The position numbers and the translations under genes are program-made. The notes below the pieces were generated by a model. That model had not been told where the DNA came from. It ran no database searches and saw only the letters and a list, made by a program, of their open reading frames with translations. From Dehalococcoidia bacterium (GTDB lineage: Bacteria > Chloroflexota > Dehalococcoidia > Lucifugimonadales > VXLM01), in contig OY759598.1 in assembly GCA_963662435.1 (NCBI GenBank), positions 372,001 through 436,000 of the forward strand: a DNA stretch of 64,000 nt, given 5' to 3'. Below, in pieces: positions 28,530-39,280 of this stretch. The first letter of the stretch is position 1, and each line of letters starts with the position of its first letter.

Positions 28530-31351
28530 TTCAATGCCTCAACGATGCGTTCAACGTTCGTTCGCACCATGGTAAGGTACGTGTCAGCGCCGCTGCCCTC
28601 CGGCCCAAGGGAACCCGAATATAGCCGGAACAGCTCTGCGCCGGTCTCCCTTGCTATGGTCTGCGCCAGCCTCTCGCTGACTGTCGTCTCGCCAAACAGT
28701 GCTGGTATTTCGCGTTCCCGCACCACCTCGATCAGCCCCGCGATGTGCTCAGCAGAGGGCTCCACGTGAGTCGCAAGAGACGGTATAACCAGGCCAACTA
28801 CCTCGAATCCATAGGCCTCTGCAAAGTAGGTGAAACTGTCGTGTGATGTAACCAGCAGCCTGCGCTCCTGTGGCACCAACTCGACCTGATCTTGAATCCA
28901 GTAATGTAGCTCGTCAAGCTGCTCTGCGTAGTCAGAGGCGTTCTGGTAGTAGACGCTCGCATTGTTGGGGTCTACAGCCGAAAGCCGGGCGGCTATCTCG
29001 TTGACTGCAGCCTTCACCCGGATCGGATCGAACCAGAAGTGCGGATCCAGAGTGCCGTGGTCGTGGCCGTGCTCGTCCTCTCCGTGCTCGACATGGCCTT
29101 CATCGGGCGCGCCGCCCGAATCGGCGACTCCGAGGAACGCCAGGCTCGACGGTGCGCCGCCGAGTTCCCACTCCTCCTCGATCTCCATCTCTTCGAGGTG
29201 GACTCCGAGGACATGGCCGCTATTCGGGTCGGCGACGTACATCATCTCGCCAACTACGATGAACGCGGGACGTCCACTCTCACCCGGCTCGACCAGATCC
29301 ATCGTCGCGACCAAGTCGCCGTCATGCGCGTCCAGCGCGTGCAGCACGCCGTCAGCGCCGAGTACGTAGAGCAGCTCGCCATCGCTGGAGAACTTCGTGG
29401 CAACGCTCGGCTCGCTGAACACCTGGCGCATTTCGCTGTGGTCCACATCGATCAGCCAGATGCCATCGTCGGCGAAGCCCTCATCGTCGCGGTAGGAGGC
29501 CCTGCCGAAGAAATGCTCGACGTGGTGGTGACCGTAGACCGACCCGATCCGAGAGTCTTCGCGCATCTCCGGCGGATTGGCGATGAACTCGTGCTCGTAC
29601 CCGCCGTCGTGAGTTTGGAAGAAGAGCACGCCGCCAATGCATCCGAAGGCGGCGCCATACTCATTGTGGGACTCGCCGTGCATGCCCGGGCATGAGCGAT
29701 TGCTGGCGTCGTAGACAACGTGGTCATCGAATTCGCGAACCTCAACGCCGACAGGCAGGCTGCTGTTGGAATTCTCAGGGTAGTCGGGATTTTTCGTGGT
29801 AACGACGACGTGCTCGTCCGAGATGGCAAGCGCGGCGCCATGCTGCGGTCCGGCGTCCAACACGATCGGCTCGTAGGCGCCCTGAGATGCGGCCAGCGCC
29901 TCTTCATTGATCATGAAGACGTGACCTCGGGCGTCGGAGAAGATCGCGGTCCAGCCGTAACTGTTGACGTAGTGAATTGGCCGCTCTTCCGCGATCTCCA
30001 GCGAGTGGCGGGACACCGGCTCCTGGACAAGGTCGTAGTGATCGCCGTGCTCGACGAGGTAGGTGCCGCCGTCGAAGACGTGGACACGGTCGTCGCCGTC
30101 CTCAGGCCCGCGGGCTAGGACGATGGCGTAGCGATGGGTGGGACTGGGGTACACGGTAGCGCGGGGCGCTGCGACCTCGAAGATTCCGCTGTCAACGTTA
30201 TCGGTCGACAGATCGATGACGGAGAGGTGCGCCTCTACCGCATCCGCGACGAGCAGGCGCCCAATGGCCATCTCATCATGGTGGTCGTCGCCTTCGTCAT
30301 GGTGGTCGTCACCTTCGTCCCCGTGATCGTCGTGCATACCGACCATGGCAAACTCGATGGGGTCGACGCCTTCGCCAAGTGCGACTATCTTGGACTCATC
30401 TGCACTGGCGTTGTGTATCAGATCTTCCAGCCATTCGGCCTCCAGGCTGAGACCGACTGTGAACACGACATCCGCATCCGCTACCCTGGCAACGTCGCGC
30501 GCTCCTGGCAGGAATGTGTGCGGATCGGCGCCCGGTTGCAGCAGGCTGAAGACCTCTGCCCTGTCTCCACCTACCACCCGAGCCCAGTCGGCCACAAAGT
30601 TGGTGGTTGCAACCACCTGGACCGGCGGCCCGGAGGGGGTGGCGCTCTCCCTGGCAGCCTCGGCTGCCGCCTGGGCGGCTTCGACAGCCGCATTCTCGAT
30701 CGCCTGGTTCGTGGCGACGAGTGAGGCGTTCACGATGTTCGTGACCTCGTCGGCGGAGAGCTGGTCGCCGACCGCGTCCTCGACGGCCTTGGCAACCAGG
30801 TCCTCGATGTCGCCGCGCGTAAGCGTGCCGGAGAGCCCGGCGCTCACCTGGGCCTGGACGATCCTGCTGATCTCGTCCGCGCTGACTCCCTCAGGCACCG
30901 CATCGGCAACCGCGGAATTGACGAGACTGCTGAGCCGGCTCACGTCGATCTCAGGCGCGGGCAGTGCTCTGAAGGATTGGTCGACGATCGCCTTCACGTC
31001 GGACGCGGAGAGCTGGCCCGCCGTCGACTCACTCACGATAGACTGGATTTCCGCACGCGTCAGACCCGCGGGCTGCGCAGCGATGGCTGCCGTGACCGAG
31101 TCCGAGACGAGCTTCTGTATCTCAGCCGCGCTGGCGCCCTGAGGCTGCTCAGCGATGGCCGCCGCTACCGACTTCTGTATCTCGGCGGCGCTGGCGCTCT
31201 GTGCGCTGGTGACTGCGTCCTGGATCAGCTTGGCCGTGTCGACCGTTGGGGCCGGCTCCGGCGCGTCGTCTCCGCAGGCAATAGCGAAGACCAAAGCCGC
31301 AATCGCTGCGACAATGGCCACTGACATCCAATTCAATTGACTATGTCCCAT
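28526..31351 (-). CDS. Zn ABC substrate-binding lipoprotein (ZnuA/AztC type) with N-terminal helical stalk and inserted AztD-like domain
   Basis: AIAC lipobox; VVATT..., DPHTF, DPHFWFDP, SHDSFTYFA; about 380-aa insert between two His-rich tracts. Confidence 0.88.
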   Translation of the reverse strand: MGHSQLNWMSVAIVAAIAALVFAIACGDDAPEPAPTVDTAKLIQDAVTSAQSASAAEIQKSVAAAIAEQPQGASAAEIQKLVSDSVTAAIAAQPAGLTRAEIQSIVSESTAGQLSASDVKAIVDQSFRALPAPEIDVSRLSSLVNSAVADAVPEGVSADEISRIVQAQVSAGLSGTLTRGDIEDLVAKAVEDAVGDQLSADEVTNIVNASLVATNQAIENAAVEAAQAAAEAARESATPSGPPVQVVATTNFVADWARVVGGDRAEVFSLLQPGADPHTFLPGARDVARVADADVVFTVGLSLEAEWLEDLIHNASADESKIVALGEGVDPIEFAMVGMHDDHGDEGDDHHDEGDDHHDEMAIGRLLVADAVEAHLSVIDLSTDNVDSGIFEVAAPRATVYPSPTHRYAIVLARGPEDGDDRVHVFDGGTYLVEHGDHYDLVQEPVSRHSLEIAEERPIHYVNSYGWTAIFSDARGHVFMINEEALAASQGAYEPIVLDAGPQHGAALAISDEHVVVTTKNPDYPENSNSSLPVGVEVREFDDHVVYDASNRSCPGMHGESHNEYGAAFGCIGGVLFFQTHDGGYEHEFIANPPEMREDSRIGSVYGHHHVEHFFGRASYRDDEGFADDGIWLIDVDHSEMRQVFSEPSVATKFSSDGELLYVLGADGVLHALDAHDGDLVATMDLVEPGESGRPAFIVVGEMMYVADPNSGHVLGVHLEEMEIEEEWELGGAPSSLAFLGVADSGGAPDEGHVEHGEDEHGHDHGTLDPHFWFDPIRVKAAVNEIAARLSAVDPNNASVYYQNASDYAEQLDELHYWIQDQVELVPQERRLLVTSHDSFTYFAEAYGFEVVGLVIPSLATHVEPSAEHIAGLIEVVREREIPALFGETTVSERLAQTIARETGAELFRLYSGSLGPEGSGADTYLTMVRTNVERIVEALK

Positions 31352-31426
31352 TTTCTCCTTAATCTCCTGTTCTTGTCGGTATTCTCTCTATCGGATAGTT
31401 TGGTTTCCTGGGGGTCTACCGCGTAT

Positions 31427-31441
31427 CGATACAAAGTATCA
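31427..31441. promoter_or_regulatory. Candidate Fur/Zur-type box upstream of the ABC operon
   Basis: CGATACAAAGTATCA (GATAC-3-GTATC palindrome). Confidence 0.5.
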
Positions 31442-31487
31442 CTCGGTGACCCCCGACAGTGGTTTTCAGTTGGTTGGATCAAACCCC

Positions 31488-31892
31488 TTACTTACCTCCG
31501 ACGGCGCGGCAGTAGTCGCATGTCACGTACAATTTGATGCGATGGTCGACAGTCTGTCCTGGAAGGTCGGAGGCAAAAGCCCTGAGCGACCGGTCGATGG
31601 TCGCCGTCTTGAACTCCCCAACAGCACCGCACTGGACGCAGACAGAGTGGTAATGACGATGACCAACACGCGTGAGGATGTTCACGCATTCTCCATCCAT
31701 CTTGGAGACCTTGCAGACCACTCCCGAGTTGAGAAAGATTTTGATGGTCCGATATTCCGTTGCCCTACCCACCGAGGGGGGCTCTTCGCTGAGAGTCTCA
31801 GTTGTAATGCCTTCATACATCTTTTCTAGGAGCTTGGCTATCACTTTCCTGGGAGCAGTGGCCCTGTGGCCTCCGTTTTCCAGTGTCGCCAT
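31488..31892 (-). CDS. Fur-family regulator (Zur-like), possibly degenerate
   Basis: T.PR..I, GRATEYRT, H.H..CxxC, CxxC; start uncertain. Confidence 0.75.
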   Translation of the reverse strand: MATLENGGHRATAPRKVIAKLLEKMYEGITTETLSEEPPSVGRATEYRTIKIFLNSGVVCKVSKMDGECVNILTRVGHRHYHSVCVQCGAVGEFKTATIDRSLRAFASDLPGQTVDHRIKLYVTCDYCRAVGGK

Positions 31893-31926
31893 TAGGTTTG
31901 TTTCGTGATAAATCAAGTGGCTGTGA

Positions 31927-31995
31927 TGACATAAAGTATCAATAGAAACGTCTATTATGCCGGTCATAACTCCTAAAGAATGAGATACAATATCA
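31927..31995. promoter_or_regulatory. Two candidate Fur/Zur-type boxes upstream of the regulator
   Basis: TGACATAAAGTATCA (31927-31941) and TGAGATACAATATCA (31981-31995). Confidence 0.45.
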
Positions 31996-32585
31996 TCACA
32001 GTACTCGCTTGTCAACAGCCAATTTCCTAGTTGGTGGCACGGAGATGTCGCCATTGGCACCTATCCAGGGCATTGACGATGAGCTTACCTCCCTAGGACA
32101 GGTTTCCCTACATCGCGACCTCCCAGAGTTCGCAATTCACCCATACACCGCCCACCTGACGCGACAAAATCAAGTACCTTGACCCTAACTGGGTCTGTGA
32201 TCGAGGTAAGGTGCTTATTCGTGGGGTGCGACCGGGAGCCCTGGGCAAGGCAGCTTCACCGGACGGGATCCTCCCGCAACAGACGCTCCAAATCGTGCAA
32301 GCACCGGCGTCCGGTCTACGCTTCCCGAACAACACACACCGGGCAGACGAAATTTGGTCACGCCTCGCCCTTGCCCTGTACCTTGCTTTCTCCCCGCCCT
32401 GTACCCCAGAATGGGAGCCACGATCGACTTCCATGTCTATTTTCGGAATTCGCTTGGATCTCGGAATACGTGGTCGGACGGAGTGGCGCGCGCATTCCCT
32501 TCATGCAGTCGGTTCGAGGCCAGAGCGCTTTCGCCTGAAAGCTTGCGAGAAACCACTGGGTCTATTCATACAGATGAGGTAAGAC

Positions 32586-34274
32586 ATGGGCAACATGAGT
32601 GGAGGAGAAGCCCTCGCGAGGTCCCTTGTAAGGGAAGGCGTGGAGGTCGTATTCGGAATCCCGGGCATACAGGTATACGGCATTGTTGCGGCGCTGCGGG
32701 ACGAGCCTGGCATTCGCATGATCACGACGCGCCACGAACAGTCGACGACGTACATGGCTGATGGCTATGCCCGTGCATCAGGCGAGCCGGGCGTCGCCCT
32801 GGTGGTCCCGGGCGTCGGTGTCTACAACGCGGCGTCCGGCCTGACCAATGCATACTCACGCTCCTCGCCCGTGCTCCTCATCGCGGGTCAGATCCCGAGG
32901 GGCGCAATCGGCAAGAACAAAGGTGCCGTGCACGAAATCGCAGAACAGGCCGGCGCGGTGCGCTCCGTGACCAAGTGGCAGAGCCAGGCATCCAGGCCTC
33001 GTGAAATACCCGACGCCGTGTTCGAAGCGTTCAGGCAGATGCGTACCGGACGTCCTCGGCCGGTGCTGATCGAGGTGCCGCCCGAAGCCGGGGTGGAGCG
33101 AGAGGAAGTCGAGCTGCGGAATCCCGCCCGTGTTTCGAGGATCGTTCCCAGCCCCGAAGTCCTTGAGGAGGCCGCCCAGGTTATCACGAGTTCCAGCATT
33201 CCCCTGATATACGCCGGGGGCGGAGTGGCGCGTTCCGACGCTGAAGCGGCCCTCGTCAAGCTGGCCGAGACGACAAACATACCCGTCGTAACCTCCAGCG
33301 GCGGCAAGGGGACCATCCCGGACGGCCATCCTCTGTCTTACGGCTCCTGCTTCAGTCCCAGGGGTGAGAGACAGGAGATGAACCAGCTCTACGAGGTGAT
33401 GCAGTCCACCGACGTGGTGATAGGAATTGGCGCGCGTTTCTCGCTCGGCAATCCGGCGGGCGAGGCGTCCACGCTGGTGAATATCAACATAGACGACGCG
33501 GAACTCACGAAACACCAGGCCAACACGATCCCTCTGCACGGCGACGCCAGGGCGACAATTGAGGCATTGCTTCCCTATCTCATCGAGGCTGGGGCAGGAG
33601 AGCGTCCGTCGTCGGTCGAGGCGGTCAGCGCGGCACGCAAGCTGATAGCCTACTACGACATTCGGCTCAAGGAGCCGCAGTACGCCGTTCTAGAGGCTAT
33701 GCAAAAAGGCATCCCCGACGATGCCTTCATGGTCTGGGACGTTACGCAGTTCGGTTACTACGCCCGCACCCACTACCAGGTCAGCCATCCGAAGACGTAC
33801 ATCGATTCCGGCTACTCGTTCAACCTCGGGTACGGGTTTCCCACCGCACTGGGAGTCAAGGTGGCAAGACCTGACCGCCCAGTTATCTGCGTGGCCGGAG
33901 ACGGTGGGTTCATGTTCAACTCGTCCGAGCTATCCACTGCTATGCAGTACGGCATTAATGTCGTGACCGTGCTCTTTAGAAACGACTCATACGGTAACGT
34001 TGCCCGGGACCTCGACGACGCGTTTGGCGGAGCCTATGGGACCGACCTGCACAATCCCGACTTCGTCAAATTCGCGGAGTCATTCGGCGCAGTCGGCATG
34101 AGAGCAGACGACCCAATGGAGCTGGAGAAGTTGATTCCCCTCGCGTTGGAGCGGCAGAGTCCGGTAATTATCGACGTGCCCTTCGGAGAGATGCCCATTC
34201 CGCGCGCGCCACAGTTCGCACCGTTCTACAGGCTGCCGTGGACCATGCCTCAAGAGGGCCTCATCGAGTCCTGA
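32586..34274 (+). CDS. Thiamine pyrophosphate-binding enzyme (acetolactate synthase-like)
   Basis: VFGIPG, RHEQ, MADGYAR, GDGGF...N TPP motif. Confidence 0.9.
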   Translation: MGNMSGGEALARSLVREGVEVVFGIPGIQVYGIVAALRDEPGIRMITTRHEQSTTYMADGYARASGEPGVALVVPGVGVYNAASGLTNAYSRSSPVLLIAGQIPRGAIGKNKGAVHEIAEQAGAVRSVTKWQSQASRPREIPDAVFEAFRQMRTGRPRPVLIEVPPEAGVEREEVELRNPARVSRIVPSPEVLEEAAQVITSSSIPLIYAGGGVARSDAEAALVKLAETTNIPVVTSSGGKGTIPDGHPLSYGSCFSPRGERQEMNQLYEVMQSTDVVIGIGARFSLGNPAGEASTLVNINIDDAELTKHQANTIPLHGDARATIEALLPYLIEAGAGERPSSVEAVSAARKLIAYYDIRLKEPQYAVLEAMQKGIPDDAFMVWDVTQFGYYARTHYQVSHPKTYIDSGYSFNLGYGFPTALGVKVARPDRPVICVAGDGGFMFNSSELSTAMQYGINVVTVLFRNDSYGNVARDLDDAFGGAYGTDLHNPDFVKFAESFGAVGMRADDPMELEKLIPLALERQSPVIIDVPFGEMPIPRAPQFAPFYRLPWTMPQEGLIES

Positions 34275-34671
34275 TGCGCTGGTCCAGGTTCTTGGCGATG
34301 AGCTGTCCGACCGGGCTCCAGCGTTCCCTGTGCGACGGTGTGTCGGATACTGCGCCATCCAGTCTCGGATCGGCGTCCGCGCCGCTTGCGGCTTGAAGGG
34401 CTCGCAGTTCGAGACCGCACCGACGGCGACCGGGTTGTGCGCGGTCCATCAGGTCGGGCATTCGGGAACCACGACCGCGTCCTCAACCGCAGGGCGTCAA
34501 GACTGGACCTCCGGGGCCTCGTAGGGGAGATAGACCTGAGCCGAAGTCTCAACCTCCCCTTCAACTTCAAAGTAGAGACGGAGAGCATCTAACGGTCGTA
34601 TACTGGGAAGGGTTCCTAGAATACGGTAGACGCACGGACCGGCAGCATAAACCTTGCGGAGGTAACAATAG

Positions 34672-35676
34672 ATGGAGAACGGCATCTACACCCCAGAGGG
34701 CTACACAGATCGAATAGGAAAAGAGCTCGAAAACTGCCTAATTGAGACGAATGTCACTCAAGGTGAGAAGTACGAAGGCAAAGTACGGGATCGATACGAT
34801 CTTGGAGATCGTATGGTACTCATTACCACTGACCGACAGAGTGCCTTTGACCGGGTGCTGGCCGCTGTCCCATTCAAAGGACAAGTCCTCAATATGGCGA
34901 GCGCCTGGTGGTTTGAACAGACTCGCCATATTGTGCCAAATCAGGTCCTATCCGTCCCCGATCCAAACGTCACAATTGCCAAGAAATGTAACGTCTTCCC
35001 GATTGAATTCGTGGTGCGTGGATACATCACAGGAACCACGGGTACCTCCCTCTGGACGGTCTACAAGAGTGGTCAGCGTAAATACTGTGGCATCGATTTT
35101 CCTGACGGCCTGATCAAAAACCAGAAGCTCCCGACGAATTACCTCACACCGACCATCAAGGCGGAGGATCACGACCGTCCAATCAGCCCTGACGAGATAG
35201 TGTCCGAGAACTGGATGACGGCCGATGATTGGGAACATTGCAGCCGCATTGCGCTGGAACTCTTCGCCTTCGGTCAAGCCAGGGCAGCCGAACATGGCCT
35301 GATTCTCGTCGATACCAAATATGAGATGGGCCGTGATGAGAACGGTGAGATCCTTCTGATCGACGAGATCCACACCCCTGACTCCAGTCGCTACTGGATC
35401 GCCGACTCCTATCAGCAACGCATGCGGGAGGGACGGGAACCCGACAACGTCGACAAAGAATTCCTCCGGCTCTGGTTCATGGAGAACTGCAATCCCTACG
35501 AGGATGACGTCCTGCCGACAGCACCGAACGACCTGGTAATCGAGCTTTCAAGACGCTACATATACCTTTACGAGACGATCACCGGTCGCTCTTTCGAGTT
35601 TCCAGAGGCCGACCAACCAATCGAGACGCGTTTGGAAAGCAACCTCGAAGGAATCGCATCACTTTCGAATCCTTAA
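34672..35676 (+). CDS. purC: Phosphoribosylaminoimidazolesuccinocarboxamide synthase
   Basis: YEGKVRD, TDRQSAFD, EFVVRGY, DTKYEMG, DEIHTPDSSRYW, DKEFLR. Confidence 0.95.
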   Translation: MENGIYTPEGYTDRIGKELENCLIETNVTQGEKYEGKVRDRYDLGDRMVLITTDRQSAFDRVLAAVPFKGQVLNMASAWWFEQTRHIVPNQVLSVPDPNVTIAKKCNVFPIEFVVRGYITGTTGTSLWTVYKSGQRKYCGIDFPDGLIKNQKLPTNYLTPTIKAEDHDRPISPDEIVSENWMTADDWEHCSRIALELFAFGQARAAEHGLILVDTKYEMGRDENGEILLIDEIHTPDSSRYWIADSYQQRMREGREPDNVDKEFLRLWFMENCNPYEDDVLPTAPNDLVIELSRRYIYLYETITGRSFEFPEADQPIETRLESNLEGIASLSNP

Positions 35677-35873
35677 TCGGATAGACCGGAGATTGACTGG
35701 CCTTTCAGGACCTGACTATGATGCCACCCTCTCCTTTGGACTGCCCATTGAGCCTGAAGACTCCCAATATAGGGAATCCCAGTTACAGCGCGTGGGAAAA
35801 ATCACACGATTGTGGGATGATCCCCGACATCCGTTGGGCGAGGATAACGGATATTCACCCAAGGAGCTACCGC

Positions 35874-37562
35874 ATGAATACCCGAAGCCTCCTCGGATTG
35901 GTGGCGGTACTCCCGGCAATGCTCGCGGCGGCCTGCGGTCAGTCTGTCGAGCCGACCCCACTTCCGACCCCGGAACCGACGGCCATCCCAACTCCCGTGC
36001 CCACGGTCGCCGAGCCGACGCCAACGCCGGAGCCACTAGACGACCGGCCCCTGGTCGACGTATCCCACCTGCTCGACTTCGTCCGTGAGGGCATATACAA
36101 GAACTCCGACGGCGTCGGTGGCGCGGCGTGGCTCGACTACGACGGCGACGGGTTCCTCGACCTGTACATCACCAACACCAGGGACGCGAAGAATGCCCTC
36201 TTTCGCAACAACGGTGACGGTACCTTTGCGAACGTCGCGGAGGAGGCGGGCGTGACGAGCGAGACGGGCAACACGGCGGTAGTTGCCGGCGACATTGACA
36301 ACGACGGCTGCACCGACCTTCTGATGTCTGGCGACGGCGGGTTCATCGGCGAAGAGCCCACTAGCTTCAAGGTCTATCGGAACGACTGCGAAGGCGCCTT
36401 CACGGACATCACCGAACGCGCAGGCCTCGATGCACTGTCGGACTCGTACTCTTGGACCCTTGCCCTCGCTGACATCGACAACGACAGCGATCTCGATCTC
36501 TTCGTCGGTGGACCGCCGGGGCCGGGTTTCGACTTTGGACCTCCAAACAGGCTGTTCCTCAATGGTGGCAACGGCGTGTTCACGGATATTTCGGCCAGCG
36601 CCGGGGTCATCGATGATCTTCCGACTTGTGGCGTGGGGTTCAACGATTACGACGAAGACGGATTCATAGACATCTTTCTCGCAACATGCGTGTGGCTTGA
36701 CGCGAGGTTCCGGCTATTGCGAAACAATGGCGACCTGACGTTCTCCGACGTCTCGGTTGAGTCCGGACTGAGCCTGTCCGTGGAAGGACTGCCGGGACAT
36801 GCCGAGCATGACTTTCGCATCGGAGTTGCCTTCGCCGATTACGATTCCGACGGCGATCTCGATATCTTGTCCAGGAACTTCGGCGCCAACGGGTGGGTAT
36901 TCGAAAACACCGGGGACGGAACCTATGACGCAGTCGGCTATGAAGGGACGTTCGACGAGATCGAGTACCCGGCCAGTTGGGCGTTTGGAGTGGCTGATTT
37001 CGACAATGACGGAGGCGAGGACATCTTCTACTCCGGTAACTTTCCGGTCGAGAGCTATGACTGGTCTGGGAACGCAGGGTTGTTGCTGTTGAACCAACGC
37101 AACGGCAGCTTCCGAAAATTCCCCTCAGGGTTTGGTCTCGAGGACCTGTTCACGACAGGTGCTGCGATAGGAGACTATGACAACGACGGATTCGCCGATA
37201 TCGTGGTCGTCACGAGTAAGTCACGCGGTCACGGTGGCGAGCCCGTGCTCCTGCACAATCAGGGAGGTAGCAATAGCTGGATTTCGGTCCGTCTGATCGG
37301 AACGGCAAGCAACCGTGACGGCATCGGGGCGCGAGTGTGGGCGAAAGCCAACGGTACGGTCGTCGTGAAGTCGACCCACGCAGGCTCCGGCTTCCTCTCG
37401 AACAACAGCCCGTGGCTTACGTTCGGGCTGGGGAGCCACGAAGGACCGGTCGACATCGAGGTGCGGTGGCCCTCCGGTCCGGTTGAGGTGTTCGAGGGCC
37501 AAGCCGTAAGGCAGACCGTCACGCTGACCGAGGGGAGAGGAGTTGCTCACGAGGCGGACTGA
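35874..37562 (+). CDS. CRTAC1-like FG-GAP/ASPIC-UnbV lipoprotein
   Basis: AAAC lipobox; DxDxDG..DL repeats; SNRDGIGARV...FGLG...WPSG; AAGGAG RBS. Confidence 0.88.
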   Translation: MNTRSLLGLVAVLPAMLAAACGQSVEPTPLPTPEPTAIPTPVPTVAEPTPTPEPLDDRPLVDVSHLLDFVREGIYKNSDGVGGAAWLDYDGDGFLDLYITNTRDAKNALFRNNGDGTFANVAEEAGVTSETGNTAVVAGDIDNDGCTDLLMSGDGGFIGEEPTSFKVYRNDCEGAFTDITERAGLDALSDSYSWTLALADIDNDSDLDLFVGGPPGPGFDFGPPNRLFLNGGNGVFTDISASAGVIDDLPTCGVGFNDYDEDGFIDIFLATCVWLDARFRLLRNNGDLTFSDVSVESGLSLSVEGLPGHAEHDFRIGVAFADYDSDGDLDILSRNFGANGWVFENTGDGTYDAVGYEGTFDEIEYPASWAFGVADFDNDGGEDIFYSGNFPVESYDWSGNAGLLLLNQRNGSFRKFPSGFGLEDLFTTGAAIGDYDNDGFADIVVVTSKSRGHGGEPVLLHNQGGSNSWISVRLIGTASNRDGIGARVWAKANGTVVVKSTHAGSGFLSNNSPWLTFGLGSHEGPVDIEVRWPSGPVEVFEGQAVRQTVTLTEGRGVAHEAD

Positions 37563-38144
37563 CACGGGACGCGACAACGTTGCGATAACCATGGGAAGAC
37601 TCTAGATTTGTTGCATTTTGATGCATTTGGATTGTCATTGTAAAGGTCGATAGGTCTTGACCGGGAGTATGAGAGCCGAGCAGGACACGGACGACCGGGG
37701 AAATACGCATTGTAGCAGGGGGCGCGACTTCCGAGGCAGGAACCAAAATAGAAGGCGAAGTAACGATAACGATAGAGAACTTCATTTGGGACTTCGTAGA
37801 AATGTCTTGGGTACTAAGGCAAAGCACGGACTCCGGTGTAGTTTTTGATTACGAATAGGGATACCCCTCCTCGTTCACTCTCTGGGGCGGAGAAGGCGCA
37901 ACAACTATCAACGCTTACGACCATATCCCGCTAGAGGAGTAGCCCAGTTAGCTGGTTGGTACATGAGTAATCCAATAAACATGATTTGCAGGCCACCCTG
38001 GCGTTCAACTTGACCGAAACGGCGAAGGTCTTCAAGAGTTTTCGATTCGCATGGCAAACACCGCTAACTCTTCATCCGACGATACGCTGCCGCGGCTCGT
38101 CAAGTTGGCTTGACCGTTTAGACGAAATCTAATCGAGCACAAAA

Positions 38145-38789
38145 GTGAAAAAGTACATTCTCTTTGACCATGATGGGGTTCTGGTGGATACCGAGTTCTG
38201 GTATTACAAGGCCGGAGAGCGCGCCCTGGCTGACATTGGATTTACCATGGATAGAGATCAATATCTCCAAGACATGACCGACGGTTTTGCCACCTGGGCT
38301 CAAGCAAAAGCGGCAGGTATTGATGAACAGACCATCAGCAGGCAGCGTGAGGTCCGTAATGCCTACTATCAAGAATATCTGAGATACGAAGACATCGAGA
38401 TCGAGGGTGTCCTGGAAACGCTGGACGTACTCGCACGTGAGTACAGGATGGCCATAATTACTACCTCCAAACCACATGATTTCGCCCTGATACACGAAAA
38501 GCGGTCCATCCTGGATCACATGGAATTCTACTTAACTCGTGAGGATTACGAGCGAGCTAAACCACATCCCGAGCCCTACTTGAAAGGACTCCAACGCTTT
38601 GGTGCCACTGCCGCTGAAACGGTGGTTGTTGAAGACTCTGCAAGAGGGTTGAATTCGGCAGTAGCGGCGGGCATTGATTGCATCGTGGTTGCAAACGAGT
38701 TCACTGCAACTCACGATTTGTCCAAAGCAACTGCCAAGGTTGCTTCGTTTCGGGAATTGCCATCTACCATTGCGGGCTTAACTGCATGA
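38145..38789 (+). CDS. HAD family hydrolase
   Basis: FDHDGVLVDTE, KPHPEPY, VEDS. Confidence 0.9.
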   Translation: MKKYILFDHDGVLVDTEFWYYKAGERALADIGFTMDRDQYLQDMTDGFATWAQAKAAGIDEQTISRQREVRNAYYQEYLRYEDIEIEGVLETLDVLAREYRMAIITTSKPHDFALIHEKRSILDHMEFYLTREDYERAKPHPEPYLKGLQRFGATAAETVVVEDSARGLNSAVAAGIDCIVVANEFTATHDLSKATAKVASFRELPSTIAGLTA

Positions 38790-38953
38790 AGGGCCTAGCC
38801 GCTCTGGATGTCCTGGTGCGTTGCGACAAGAAGGTATCCATTTGGCGTGCGCCATGCTCCCGTGCAGCCGCTGCGAGTGGCTCAAACGTTGGGATGATTT
38901 CTTAGGAAAGGCGCGGTCTCTAGACTGTCCCTTTCGGAGCGGAGAGATAGCAA

Positions 38954-39280
38954 ATGGACGTGTTCGAGCTTGCTGACGTGAGGAAGGACCTGGAGGAAAC
39001 GGAAGGGCGCTCGGTCGAGTTCTTACGCTCGGACACGATGAGTGTGCTGCTGTTCGAGTTGCCCGCCGGTGTGGAGGACACCCAGAAGCCCCATACCGAG
39101 GACGAGATCTACTACATCATCAGAGGACGCGGGGTCATTCGCGTTGGCGACGAGGACAGCCCCGTTCAGACGGGCACAACGGTGTTCGTGGGGGCAAACG
39201 TCGAGCACCGCTTTCACTCTATAACCGAAGACCTGAGCATCCTGGTCGTCTTCGCTCCGCCTAGAGGTTTCCTGGCATAG
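38954..39280 (+). CDS. Cupin domain protein
   Basis: PH.EDEIYY...G.G; V...VEHRFH. Confidence 0.88.
   Translation: MDVFELADVRKDLEETEGRSVEFLRSDTMSVLLFELPAGVEDTQKPHTEDEIYYIIRGRGVIRVGDEDSPVQTGTTVFVGANVEHRFHSITEDLSILVVFAPPRGFLA

Noticed and set aside
32100..32560. Possible riboswitch or gene in the intergenic region
   Set aside because: No recognisable consensus or convincing ORF.
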